This document shows positions 17,370 to 32,300 of a DNA stretch of 64,000 nt, piece by piece. Position 1 is the stretch's first letter; each line of letters begins with the position of its first letter. The position numbers and the translations under genes are program-made. Under the pieces are notes generated by a model. It did not search any database. It saw only the letters and a list, made by a program, of their open reading frames with translations, and was not told the origin of the DNA. Origin of the DNA: Eledone cirrhosa (taxonomy: Eukaryota); assembly GCA_964016885.1 (NCBI GenBank), contig OZ024755.1:23312001-23376000 (forward strand), written 5' to 3'.

Positions 17370-20300
17370 ATGTCTCTGTTTGATATTAAGCGGTAAGTAT
17401 AAACATTTATTATCAACACATCATGTAATTGATTTAAATACACATATCATAGTATAGATGGAGGGCTTTTCCTTATTTTTTGTCAATGCTGTTATTTGTT
17501 TGATTGTTAAAAATACATCCGTTGTTTTAAGATAAAACTGTGTCATTAAGAAACGTATCCTCAATTTCAACACATGATAACGAGCTGCTCGTTATTGTAG
17601 TTTAATAACATTATTTTGGGGGTCAATTTAAATTAATTTTACCCCTTCTCTTCCAGTCTTGTACCACATAAAAAACAAATCAGAATTTAGATAATCTCAT
17701 CAAAAGATATGGTATTATTATGGAATACCCCACTCGATTTATTTTTTTCGTGTGCTATCAACTCATCTAACCTCCAAGATTTTGGCAATCGAGTTTCCCC
17801 CCCCCCCCCCCCCCTTGGAGTTTTTCCTACGGATTTGTTTTTCGTGTGTTATCAATGAATATGACCTCCAAGCCAGTCTGAAACCACTAGGTTTGTAGAA
17901 AAAGATGTGCAGAAAAGTTTCGCAGATCTGTGAACTGGAGGTTTGCAACACATCGCTAGAAGTAGACATACAATCTGGGAAAGACTGGCTTTGATGAAAT
18001 AATCAAAAATAGGATACTACAGAATAGGGCTCTACCATGCTATTAGCTGTCAGAAGTGAAAGTTTCGTCAACCTTCTCAATCGTAAACATCGTTTATTTC
18101 CGTACTACCACGCGTTATTTTAATAAACCATATCGATGTAAGTGGAGTTACTTAACTGAAAATATAGGTGGCCCTTAAAAGGGCCAAATTAGAAAACAAA
18201 TATATGGTTATCAAATATTTTTCACCAACTCTCCCTATACATGAAATTGATAACCATGACTATGAAAATATAAATGATTAAATCCAATTTATTTGATAAC
18301 CATGACTTGTTTTCTAATTTGGCCCTTTTAAGGGCCACCTATATTTTCATTTAAGTAACTCCACTTACATCGATATGCTTTATTAAAATAACGCGTGGTA
18401 ATACGGAAATAAACGATGTTTACGATTGAGAAGGTTGACGAAACTTTCACTTCTGACAGCTAATAGCATGGTAGTGCCCAGAATAGTGTTAAGATAGACA
18501 ATATGGACATTAAATTAATGATAATGAAAGAATAACACTGAAATATTCGACATTTTTATTCTTAATTGGAGTCATTTGAGCCTAGTGTCATTAATTAATT
18601 ACTCATCATTAATTACTTTTTGCATTGCTGTACATCCTTTCAAAAGCTATGTAAAATGTATTCTTTTCAGCTCTTGATAGAACAATTAAGAATATTGTAT
18701 ACGTAGTATTTAAATACAGGAAAAAGTTACTGATTTGGAAAAGTAGACTAATTATATAAATTAGAACAGCATTTTGAAAAACAACATATAAAGTGTTGTG
18801 TGCTCAGGCATAAAATAGGGGTGGGGTCAGCTTATATTTGAGTATATACAGTAATTAAGCCATATAATTAAATGTCCTGTCTTTGAATATGATGGAGATG
18901 CTTTGCAGCTGTTTCAAATTCACTATCACTGTGAGTCAGTTTGTATCTATTACATATAATATTACTTTTTTATTTTCCATGTTATAGGTATGATGCTGAT
19001 ACTAAGTCAGCAGAACCTGATTCAAAAAGCAAATATCTCGCTAGATTAAAACGTCTGTTAGAAGATGCAGATAAACGAAAGGAAGCAACAATATCCTCAC
19101 CAGCAGGTAAATTTTGTTTGAATTTCTCGGATGGAGAATTATTAATATTATTATTACATTGCCATTCTGAGTTCAAATCCCACCGAGGTTAACTTTACCT
19201 TTCATCCTTACGGGGTCGATAAAATAAAGTACCAGTAATGTACTGGGTAATTGCTGGCCTTGTGCTAAAAGTAGAAACAATTATTACAAGCAGAGAAAAG
19301 TGGACGTAAAATGATGATGATATAAAAATGGGAAAACTCATCGCAAGAACAGCCATTAAGATAGCTAAATGCTGTTATAGACAGTAATGGACAAAAATGC
19401 CTCAGAGACCAGCAGCCAGTGGTCAACAGAGAGACAATCCACAGGGTGGGTGACAGGGAGATGAAATATAGAAATGATTGAAAGATCATGCGAAACCATT
19501 TTGCTGGTTTGAGAGCTGATGAGGGTGAAGATGTGTATGTGTGGAGTCTTGTCTTGTACATCAGCTTTCTTTATTTCCTTATTCCAGTCACTTCTATATG
19601 CCAACACACTTCTCCTTGTCCTCCACTTTCAATCTTTTCTATATTTTATCTGCCTGTGATGATGCTTTCTGGTGTGGAGAGCCCCTATGCACAAGCCACA
19701 TTGTGGTCCCAGTAAAAAAAATGGAGAAAGTTTTACCCCAGAGGAGAGCAAGGGGAAACTATCTGTAGAGTCTCCTTCATTATTCCAAAATATTGCTATA
19801 TAAGAGAAACTTCATTCTAGAAGCAACTAGCTTTGTGAAGAATATGTTGTTATTTCATTCTGAAAGCTAGCAGTTTGCAGATATCATCATTTTATGTCCA
19901 CTTTCCATGTTAGATCATAAAGTAACTGCCCCTTAACATTCTATTCATCATCATCATCACCACCATTTAACATCTATTTTCTTTGCTTGTATGGGTTGTG
20001 TGTATATATCATATCAATGAGAATTTTATCCCCTATTCTCTGACATAATTTATTGTCTTCTCTCATTGCTATGATTTATTATGAGCTCGGTCTCTCTTGA
20101 GCTCCCTTCATCATAGGGAATTTATTGTGAGTTTCTAACTCTATATTATAATTTAATGAATAAGTGTATATATATATTAATATCAATAAATATGTGTTTC
20201 ATACATAATCTAATTCCAGGAAAATCTAAACAGACTGGTGAAGTGGTTGTCCATAAAACAGCTGATGGTGTTACTGTTGGAGAGATTAAATGTCTTGTCC

Positions 20301-23300
20301 AAGAAGAGGAAGTGCATTCAAAGAAAAAGAAGAAACATAAAGACAAGAATGAATTAACAAGTCCTAAAGTGAAGGAAATTGAAGTGGCCCCAGGGGCAGG
20401 AGAAACTAAAAGTAATCATGTATCAACTAAATCTAAAAGGAAAATTGCTGTAAATAATGACGATGATAATGAACAGATTTCTTCTGAGATTGTCAGTAAA
20501 AAAGTGAAAGTCAGTTCTGAATGTGAGGATGCTAAAGATGTAAACGAAACATCTGATGCAGAGACTGAACCATATTGCATTCAAAAGGACCAAGATTTGG
20601 AGGTCTCATTTGATAAAGAAAATGGGGAATTACATAAGAGCCCTCTTCATGAAGGACCATGTGAGTTAGGGGAATTCACTGTTCTTGGAGAATACAGAAG
20701 GCAGGAAGTACAAAAGGTATGACTACTATTCCGTTTTTCATTTCTAATGTCTTACAACTCACCACCTCTTTCCCACCATAGAAAAACTTGCCAAAACAAA
20801 GAATCGAAAGGACTTTTCAGCTGTGTCAAAAATATGACACTTTCCCTGGTCCTCAAAACAATGATCTATTGGATAATGCAGTCCAAGATACATCATCATC
20901 ATCTAATGTCCATTTTTCCACGCTAACATGCATTAGCTGAGTTGTCCTGTTGTGAGACAAGTTAGAACTGGTGACCATGTCTTGTTCATGGCTTGGTTTC
21001 TGCAGTTGGATGCCCTTCCTAATGCCAACCACATTTCCAGTGTAGACTGTGCACTTTTTGTTGTGTCACCAACACGACCACTACATATGTCCGAGAAGAG
21101 AACATGTTAATAGCATGATTACTGCTGGATAACCTTTGATCATAATTTTGCTTGATCAAAACTGATTTGGGGCTCAACTAAAAAATGTAGCATTTCTTAT
21201 GCGTAGATTTTGCCATATCCAATAATATGTTGCTATGGCAAGTTACCCAGTCCTCTTTACAGTTTTCACCTTGTCGTCATCAAGCAGCACACTTATGATT
21301 AAAAAGCCCTCCAGTCATGACCAAACTATCTCAGGTTTCCAATGTCATCTTAAGTAAAAATAGCAAGATGTGATTTAAAGAAAATTTGGCTGTTCTTTTC
21401 AGCCATGTGAGTGACCACATAGAGGCTCTCTTGGTTCATTTTTACCATTCTTTACTTTGACTTTATTTTCATCCAGTGAGATGGATTAACATCAATATGA
21501 GCAGCAGGTTACAGCCTGTTTGAACAGAAAGAAGTGAGAGAATTCTGGCCAGATACAGCCAGTTTAAATGCTAAAGGGTTAATCAACTTTCCCCTTCCCC
21601 CAAAATTGTCTTTGTGCCTAAATAAGAAACCATTATTTTCATCTTTATTACAGGTTTCATGGAAATTACCTGATTGGCTAGTCAAACCAAATTTGATAAA
21701 AACTGACCTGACTGAAGAAAAGACACATATTTCTGAATTTGTTGGTCTTGATGATAAACTAAAGAAAAAGCTCATAGACAATGGAGTCAACTATTTCTTT
21801 CCTGGTAAGTCTTTCTCTCCATCTCTATATACTGTTTCTGTCATTGCCATACAGTATATTAGATTATCTGATAGATCAACTGATGGAGCTGGTACAATAA
21901 TGTGCAAGCTTCAGTACTCAGTCCTCAGAAGAAAGAGAGGTTTAAACTCTGTCTCGAGCCTGGAAGCTCATAAGGCCAGTACTTATTCCGGTTTCTATGG
22001 CATAAAGTGACTGAGAGTACAAAACTCCCCCTTGGACAAGACACCAGTCCACTGCAGGATTAAACTCCCATCTATTGCTGGTACTTATTTTTTAGCTGAG
22101 TATATTAGAGCAATATGAAATGAATTTTTTTGCTTAAGAACACACAATCTAGGTGAAGAATTGAACTCACAACATTATGATCGCAAATCCAACACCCTTA
22201 CCACTAGGTTGTGCACTACCACAAAGAGAGGTAGTTGTAAAAGCTAAATTTGCTATCTTCAGTATGGAGTTCATGCCTACCCTTACCTATGATCATCAAT
22301 CTTGGGTAGTGACTGAAAGAATATGATCACAAATACAAGTAGCCCAAATAGGGTTCCTCGGAAGGGTCTTTGGAGTAACATTACTTGATTTAGTGCATAG
22401 CTCCAGGTAGAGCTGCTACTTCTCTGAACCAAGAGATAACAGCTGAGATACTATAGAGGTGGTTAGAATGACTAAGGAAAGAATTGCTTGACAGATTTTA
22501 CAAGCAAAGCCAACTGACAGGAGACCCTGTGGTAAACTTTGAATAAGGTGGTTGGATAATATCCATAAGCTCGGATGTTCTTGTTTGGGATGCTGCCACA
22601 TCATTTGGTGAAGGTTACTTCTGATAGGACCTGCTGGAATATTTCTTTGAGGAATCTGCCATAAAGACCCTCAAAGGAATAAGTGGGCAAAAAAAAGAAG
22701 ATATATCATAAATCAGATTCAACTATGCACATTCAGTTATTTGATCTACTAAATTTCTGTGTAAGTGAATGAATATTCCATTGATAAGCGTACCCTTATT
22801 GAAATTCTTGGGCCAAATCAACATGACACAGTATGTGATAAAGCTGGACCTTTGAATTAGAAGCAAAATCCATCTGATGGTCTTTTACATAGTTTATTGT
22901 GTTGGCCCAGGATACCACTGGGTGGGATTGAACACTGAAACTGTTGACTGCAAAGTAAACTTTAACCACTTACCCATGCCTACATCTATATTAGTTCATC
23001 TAAAACATTTGATTATTTAAAGAGAGGGCCAGCAGCAGAAGAATCTGTCCTGAATGGTCTATTGTTTTAAGTTCAGTACTCTGCCAGGTCACTGATGATG
23101 ATGATAATAATTGTTTCTACTTTTGGCACAAGGCCAACAATTGATTTAAATTAACTGGTATTTATTTTATCATCCTTTGGAAGGACAAAAAGACAGAGTT
23201 AAAGTTGGCAAGTTTTGAAATCAGAACATAGAGGGACATAATTAAATACTATAACGCATTTCATCTGAATCACTAATGATTCTGGCAATCCTCTACCCTA

Positions 23301-26300
23301 ATAATATTGATGATGATGACGACAAAATATTGCACTAAAATAAATTTATTAGAAAATTAGTCTGGTAAAATATTTAATTGGTTTATCTTTATGACATTAA
23401 AACTAAAATAGAACTAAGGGAGAAAGACAGGAAACAAAATAGCATTTTCCTTACTGATGACATTAAAACTAATTATTTTATTGCTTAATTATTTTTTCAT
23501 TATTTTATTGATTACAGTCCAGTGCCAGTTGCTTCCAGTTCTACTTAACGACGTTCGTTTTGGTGTGAATGTTGGTTGTGGAGGATACCGTCCTCGGGAT
23601 ATCTGTTGTTCGAGTCCAACTGGCAGCGGGAAGACATTTGCATTTGTCCTACCAATTCTTCAGGTGCAGTTCCAATATATCATTATTACTTTTGGTTACC
23701 TTAGGGCTTATCGTGCTGAAGTTGTTTTTAGATTCTGTTCTCTCATACCATATGCCTCTCCAGTAATATGCATGCATGGACCTATAACCCCTGAGGGAGT
23801 CAGGCGAGTGCCATATTGACATACACCATTTCTAGGGCATTTTTTAAAACCTGACGGATCCCATCTCCTCTTTAGGTCTGAACATAGCAGATTTCTTCCA
23901 AAGAAGGATAGAGAGAAAGAGAAAGTGGTATAGAGGAAGAATTAATTCCAGTACTAGACTGGTACTTTTTTATCGACCTCGAATGGATGAAAGGCAAAGT
24001 TGACTTCAGCGGGATTTGAACTCAGAAAGCTGAAACGAATGCCGCAAAGTATTCTAATGACTGCCAATTCTCTACCTTCTCCAGTAATATACTGGAGGTT
24101 AGTTTCATCAAATATACCCTGTTCTTTTACCAAAGGAGCTATTATATCTTTACTATTATCAATATAGATTCTGAACAAATTTTTTTTCTCTATTTATGTG
24201 TTATTAGTTTTAAAAAAATTTTTTTAAATTTCTTTTGTCAGTCACTCAAAGATCGAGTTGTGTGTCGTGTAAGAGCTATTGTTATTTTACCTGCCAGGAG
24301 CCTTGCACAACAAGTATTCAATGTTTTCCAAACTTATGCTGCAGATTTGAAACTGAAGGTAAACATTTTTGTGCTATTTTCAATAAAAAAATTTAGACGT
24401 TTATATAATTAATCTTTATCTTTAGATTATTCTAGTTTGGTGATTACAGATTTAAAGTAGAACTTATATCTTTGCCAACAAAGTCTTAGGTCTTACCTTT
24501 TAAGTCACCAAATACCTGTAATTTTATTGGGTATATTTTGATTTCTGTCAGAAGTTGAGACCAGTAGATAGTATCACCAATGGAAATATTGTTTACTTGG
24601 TCTGATTTGACGAGTTCCATCCCACTTGGTATTTAAATGGGGTCTGGGATCTTGTCAAGCAATTCAATCAATCAATAGATATTTGAGTTAGCTATGGCCC
24701 TTCCTTTTGGCAGCCAATAAGAAATAGAGACTTTCTATTTCTTCTATTGTTCACCTTTTTTTATTTTGTCATCATAATCCAGGGTTTATTTTAAGAAAAT
24801 TTTAGAATTACACAAATCTCTGACTATAAAATACTGACATGTAACTATTTCAATCTATTTCTCTTTTGTTTCCTAGGTTGTCTTAATTATGGGAGAGAAA
24901 TTCTTTCAAAGGGAACAGGAATCTCTAGTTAAGAGAAGGTTGGCATATTTTTTTTTTTTTTGTTCAGTTTTTATGTAAATCTAGTCACATGTTTGTTTTT
25001 CAATTATACTGTATATCTTACATTTACATACATATATATATTTAAACAAACAATGTACAAAGCCGAATTTTGGGCTTTTTTTAAGTGCTGAGAATATATA
25101 AGTATAAAAAAATGTGCTCTAGTGTGAGAGTGCTATAAAGATAGCTTATAAAATAGGGATGTATATCTGCCTGTCTGCTGATGGAAGATATGGGGTTCAA
25201 TTCCTCTTTAGTGTTATTTCCATGATATAATGTGCCCACTATGCTGTAAAGAATCCCCCAACCCTTTTTTTAAAATTGCTTATATAGCTTATTCATGGGA
25301 AAATGCATCCAGTACATTTTATAAAATTGTAGTTCTGGTTTCATGATAAAATGCACCTAGTACATTCTGTAAAGTGTTATTTCGGGTGGCACAATAAACT
25401 GCACCCAGTACATCCTTTAAGGTAGTTGGTGTTAGGAAGAGCATCCAGCTGTAGAAATCATGCTAAATATAGAACATATGAGCAAGATATTGTCTCTCAG
25501 ACCTGTCTAGCCTTGGATGGACCATGGAAACCAATCCAATCCAGTCCAGCATGGATGATGTTACATGTATCTTATTTGTTTCATAATAGTTTGTGTAAGC
25601 TGTATGAACTCGTATCAAATAATATTTTTATATGTAAACTCAGTCTTTCCCTGCAAAAGTTCTGCGATACTGTCTAATGTGGTAAACAGCCAGTACCTTC
25701 TTTTTAGAATGTCTTCTAAAAATATTTGTTTTGTCTGTCTTAACAGTTTATATCCTACATAAATTGATATTTATTACAAAACTATTTTTTTTTCTAATAA
25801 ATTAACCCTTTTAAAGAGCATATATTTCTGTCACAAGTACATTCTGCTTTTGTTTTAGTTTTCAAAATAATCCAGGATTATGAAAGTTGTAGTGAAATAA
25901 CTAATGGTAAAAAATGAGTAAAGATCCCTCTGGTCATGAATGACCTTGGGTTTTGCACCAAGAGAGGACTCTGAGGCAGAAGCCTGGGCATGGTATTTTT
26001 GTGGAAGACCAGCAGTTGTCCATGTATGCCAGTCTCCCTTCTCCAAACCACTGATGCTGTCCAAGGGAAAGGCAATGGCTGATACAGCTTGGCACCAATG
26101 ACATCACTGAGTAAACTGGAGCACCATGAAATAAAGTGTCTTGCTCAAGGACATCACACACCACTCAGGAATTGAACTCAGAACCTCATGATTGTGAATC
26201 CAATGCTCTGACAACTAAGCCATATGCCTTCACTAGTGAAATGACTAACTTTCAACTCAATAATGATAACTTTTCATGTAATAATGAGATTTCTGTCTTA

Positions 26301-29300
26301 AGATTTTCATTTAAATTTGAACTTTTTAAGTTGGCTGGGGTGTAGCCGTACTCGCCACACTTGGTCAATTGTGCGTTGGTGAGGCTATTTAACCCATAGT
26401 TGACTCTGAGGAATTTATCTGCCTTTTTAAGGTTGAACATATTCTATATATATTAACTTTAAATTTCTTTTTCTTATTGTTTATTAAAGACCTTATGGCT
26501 TTGAAAGTTTGGCTGACATTGTTGTGGCAACTCCTGGAAAATTAGTTGATCACCTCTCTCAAACTGAAGGTTTTGATTTAAGTTACCTAAGGTTTTTGGT
26601 AAGTTGCTTGCATTTTTGTACATTGGACTTTTGGGGTACCCTATATACTCGAATATAAGCTGAGGTATATCTAACCAAAAAATCGATGGTACAAAGTAGA
26701 TCGACTTATATTCAGGGTTAATATTTTGACAATTTTCACCAACTTCATATTCTATATAAATAAGGTTTGGATTTTTGCCCATTTCTCAGGCATAAAATGG
26801 TAGTCAGCTTATATTTGAGTATATACTGTAATTCTTTTTTTTTTATTTCCACACTGTACTGTGCATCAGTCCATTTTTTATTTCATCTTTGTTACTATTC
26901 CAGTAATATGTTAGTTTATACTATTATTAGCGTCATCTTTGCTACTATTTTAGTGGTCATGTGGGTGTCATGACAAAAGTGAGCACCCACCCCATGCTGT
27001 AAAGTGGTCGTGTAGGTGTCGCAACAAAAAGCTCCCAGTCCACGCTGTAGGTCATGTAGGTGTCGCAACAAAAAGCACCCAGTCCATGCTGTAGGTCGTG
27101 TAGGTGTCACGATAAAAAGCACCCAGCCCACACTGTACAGTGGTTGTGTAGGCAGCATGGCAAAAAGCACCCATCACACACTGTAGATGTGGTTGGTGTC
27201 AGGAAGGGCATCCAGCCGTAGAAACCAAGCCAAAATCAGTTCTGTGTGAGCGAATCATGGTCCCCCGAGCTGATCCCTCACAAGGGGACAGCCTGTCTTA
27301 CCCATGCTAGCATGGAAGATGGATAATGATCATCATCATCCTTTTACATCCGCTTTTTCCCTGCTTGCAAGGGTGGGACAGGAACTGATTCTGGCTTGAT
27401 TTCTACAGCTGGATGCCCTTCCTAACACCAACCTCATTTACAGTGAGTGCTGGGTGCTTTTTTGCTGTGGCACCCCCACGACCACTTTGCAGTGGAATGA
27501 TATGGACCCCAGTCCTATCATCTCATTTCTACAGCTGAGTAAACTGGAGCAATGTGAAATAAAGTGTCTTGCTCAAGGAAACAGCACATCACCCAGTCTG
27601 AGAATTGAACCCACAACCTTTCGATTGCTAGTAATATATAAACCGGGGGTTGCAAGCTATTTTTCTATGGCCCTGACAGAACAGTTTTCGTGATCAATAT
27701 TGACCTAGTGCATGATAGGTACATTATTTATCAACTCTAAAGGATGAATGGTTAAATTGACCTCAGGGATATTGAACTCAAAATACATAGAGCTGAAACA
27801 AATAGCACAAGACATGGTAGCTCTACTTGTTACTGTGGAGTGGTTTAATATCCAGCTATAAGGTCAGTTGCTGCAGCTAATAAACCATCAGGCCCATACA
27901 AGCATGTGAGATAAATGGTTGTAAGACATCAAGGGAACAAATGATCACACATTTTACAGAAGGGGGTAGGCTTAAAAGCCAAACTCACTATCTCCAATTC
28001 GGTTTTCATACCAACCCTTACCTATGGTCATGAATCTTGGGTAATTACCGAAAGAATACAAGTGACCGAAATGGGATTTCTCCCAGGGGACTTTGGAATA
28101 ACATTACTCAATAAAGTGCTTATCTAGGAGATCAAAGCCACTCAAGGTAGAGCCGCTACTTCTTGAGAGATCACAGCTCCAATACTATGGACATGTGGTG
28201 AGAATGTCTCAAGAAAGAATCGTTAGACAGATTTTATTGGTGAAACCAACAGGTAGGAGACCAAGAGGTAGATCCCAAACAAGATGGTTGGATAACATCC
28301 ATGAACTTGGCTGGTCACGCTTAGGGATCCAGCCAGATCAGTTGGAGACAGTTGCTTTTGACAGGGCCTGCTGGGGGTAGTGTTTGAGGACTCTGCCCCC
28401 CATGACCCTCTCGGGAATAAGTCGGCGAAGAAGATGATGGAGTATGAGTTGGATGAGTTATTGAATTGTAAAGTTTGTTTGTAAAAAAATGAGGTGGATG
28501 TGAGAGGCCAACAAGTAAACAGGAGGGGGAAATCAAGGTTATATTGCTTTGACTTTGTTTCTTTTTACTAAGGTCATTGATGAAGCAGATCGTGTTTTTG
28601 ACATTATAAAGTATGACTGGTTAGCCAACTTAGAGAAAGCTGTTTACAAAATGTCTACTTCTGAGTCTGGGACCAATGGTAGACCAATGCCTGGTCCCTT
28701 AACAATAATGCAGTGAGTCAAAAGTTTTCATTCATATTCTTCTATCAACACTACTATTACCACCACTACTATCACCTCTACAACTATCAACACTGCTGTC
28801 ATCTCTATTACTATGACCTCTACTACTATTACTGCTATTACTATCAGCACTACTATCACCTCTATTACTAACTACCCTATTATACTACTACCACCTTTAC
28901 TACTATCAACAACTAATTGTCACTACAACTTCTATTATTATTGGTATTATCACTGTCACCAATTATTATCAGCACCATCTCTGTTACCACCAACAACACC
29001 AACACTACATGCTTGCAATGAATAAGTAAATAGTTTTTGATTCTTCCATTATCAATACTATTAAGTAAAATTCATAATTGTATTGTTCTCTATTTACAGA
29101 GCTTCAAAGATTTCCTTTCCGGTAAGGACAAAACATTGAAATATCTTCATTACTTCTCATCCTCATCGCTTTTCCTTTTGCTAATGTCTTTATCATAGTT
29201 TGTTTGTTTTTTAATTACACAGCAACAGCTCGGAGGCAGATCAACTTCGGTCAGAATGTGCCAGCCCACTGTAAATTACATATGTAAACATTAAAATGGA

Positions 29301-32300
29301 TATTTTTATAGAATAAGAGCAAAACTGAGAATAAAAAAAAAAAATTCTGAGACTGCTCTTCCAGCAATGGGCTTCTCAGGGTTGCTTACATGTAAATAAT
29401 CTTGATCAACTAGTATTATTTATCTGTTACCACATATCTCAACATACTTTGGCATTTTTCAGGCCCACAATCAAAGTTATTCTAACTATGACTTTCCTGT
29501 CTTTTCAAATTGTTTATATCAGACTACATTATTTCAATTCCTATTTTTTTAAAGACAGTAGGGTGTGATTTGAAAGATATCTGACTGCTGTTTTTAGCAG
29601 ATCAAACAACCACATAAGGGCTTCCCCTGCTAGCACATTGACTCTTTTACTTGTGCTTAGACTGTTCTCTGGGGTACCACTATCTGTTTATATATTTAAG
29701 AAAAAAAAAAAAATTTTTTATTTTATTTGTTCTTGCCAGTGTTCTCTGCGCTACTATCTTTTGTTTATAATTTCTTTTAAAGTTTTTTTTTCTTTTTTCA
29801 ATTTTCAAATTCCAGTTCCAAAAGTTGCTGTTTTCAGCCACCCTCACAGATGATTCTGAGAAACTGAGGAAAGTGAATCTCTTTCAACCCCGTCTCTTTC
29901 TTGCTTCTAAAAAAATTCTCAACAAATCTACTCAGTCTGAAAACAGAGAATCTACTCAACTCAGTGATGGTAATGTCTTATTCTGTTTTCCTCTTTCTTT
30001 TTGTTTTATAATTAAATTTAATGTTGATATTTGGAACATAACTTAACAATGTTTTTTCATAAAATTATGATGGAAGTTTTTTAGATAAATATAAACACTT
30101 TAACCCTTTTGATACCAAACCACCTGAAGCTGCCTCCTGGTTTTATGATATAAAAACTGTTTATTTTAACCCTTTAGCATTTAAACCGACCACATCTGGC
30201 CAGAATTCTCTCTCTTCTTTCTGTTCAAATCGGCTGTAACTGGCCGCTCATACTGATGTTAAGGTATTGTTCTCAAAATAAATAATATCAAAATCTCATA
30301 GATTCGATATTATGAGATAATTACATGAGGTAAAGCCTTTACTGTAAAAATATAATAGTATATATAGAATAATGCAAATGCTAAAAGGTTAAAGTGTTTA
30401 TATTTATCTAAAAACCTTCCATCATAATTTTATGCAAGAACCTTTGTTATGTTATGTTCCAAACACTACTAACTTAATAATGAGAAAGTAAGTTATATTA
30501 TTAAATCCCTCCAAATTCTTGATTATTTTCAAAATTATTTGAAAAATCCTAGGCAGTGTCTTTCATTAGAAATATGATAATGAAAGGGTTAATTAAATTA
30601 TATTCTTCAATTTCAGATTCAAAGAAACAAAACGACACCAAAGTTAATGGTGAACAAAATATCAGATTTATCATTCCTGAAAGTCTTAAGGTATATTTAT
30701 TTTACAATTATTATTCGTAGTATATATTTTACTATATTTTTTTCCTCCTAATCAGAAAGAACTTATATGCTACATAGCCTACACCACTTATCGGTTTTTA
30801 TTCACCATTTAAACATAATGTGTCAATTAGCTGCCTCTGGGTTTGGATTTTTGCCTAAAAAGTGGGAGTCAGGGGTTTTTTTTCTTTCTCAGGATATTAG
30901 AAATACTGAGTGAATATTGTCTGGGCAGAAATTATAAATATAAAAATATAATTTTCAAGCTAAAATGAAACCCAAATCAATATTCTTAAGGATAATTTTA
31001 CCTTATTATCAAAAACGGGGAATAGTTGGATTTTTTCAGCAATAGGACGATGGAATGTATATGTATTGATGCTGAATATAAATGTAAACATCAATATTGA
31101 TCCTTATTGCAGGAAATAGATGCTAAAATGCAATAGAAATAACATTTGATACATAATAAATGACTGTTAAGTTTCAGAAAGATGGTACAATGCGGTAAAA
31201 ATATATAAAGGGCAGAGGATGTCAAATAAATCAAAATAAAGTAATGATTCTTTTGTTTTATTTGTCATCTTTTGCCCTTTATATATTTCTATTGCATTGT
31301 ACTGGCTTTTTGTCATTCATTACATATCCCACAATACTTCATATTAATTATAAAGTTTGATAGATATTTAGATGTCTGAATGTGTGTCTTTATTTAATCA
31401 TTTACATGTGCATAACAAAATAAAATAAAAATGAAGGCACATGGGTTAGAGAATTGGATTCACAATCATGAGGTTGTAAGTTCAATTCCTGGACTACATA
31501 ATGTGCTATGTCCTTAAGAAAAACACTTTATTTCACATTGCTCTTTCTGCCAGGTCTGAAATCTTGTGGATCATTTAAAGAAAGAAAGAAGAAAATAAAT
31601 TGTTATGCAATATGGTAGCTTAATGTAGAAGTAACTGAGTTCTTGTCGAGTGAATTCTTAAATCTTTTTTCTTCAACGAACAAGCAAGCATATTAATGAA
31701 ATCTTAAATTGTCTTTCTTTATCCACAGGAAGAGTATGTGATATGTAATCCTTCTGAGAAAGTTATTGCTCTGGTTCATTTTGTCCTTGATCAAGATTTT
31801 CATAGTGTAATTTGCTTCACTAACTCAATTGAATCAACTCATAGGTAAGTATATTTTTGCTGTGCACCCAGCCAACTCTATAGAGTGGTAGTGCTGGTGC
31901 CATGATAAAATGCACCCAGTCTAATCTTAGCTAGTGAGATCAGTGGTTTGTTACTACATGAGCTATTTAGTTTAATAGTTTACCACATGAGCTGTTGAGT
32001 TCAGTGGTTCCCTCCAAAATGAACTATTGAGTTTAATAGTTATTTACTACATGAGCTATTGAGTTTCATGGGTCCCTCCCACCAAACTTTCTAGCTTTGA
32101 AGCTTTGATAGAAATTGTTCTGATTGTTGTTGTAGCAAGGGATTCTGGTAGTGGCATTGGTGTTCATCATTATTATCATTTAACATCCTTTTTCTCTGCT
32201 AGGGGTCAATAAAAGTACCAGTCAAATACTAGGGAGGGTGGGTGGGGGAGATAGTATGATTTACTGCCCTCCCTGTCCCCTTTTAGCTTTGTGCTTATCG

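Noticed and set aside
17730-17875. Short direct repeat flanking a poly-C run, and the poly-G run at ~39024-39044
   Set aside because: Low-complexity or repeat-internal features with no supportable function.
18169-18339. Histone gene or pseudogene suggested by the stem-loop motif
   Set aside because: No histone coding sequence nearby; the motif lies within transposon inverted repeats.
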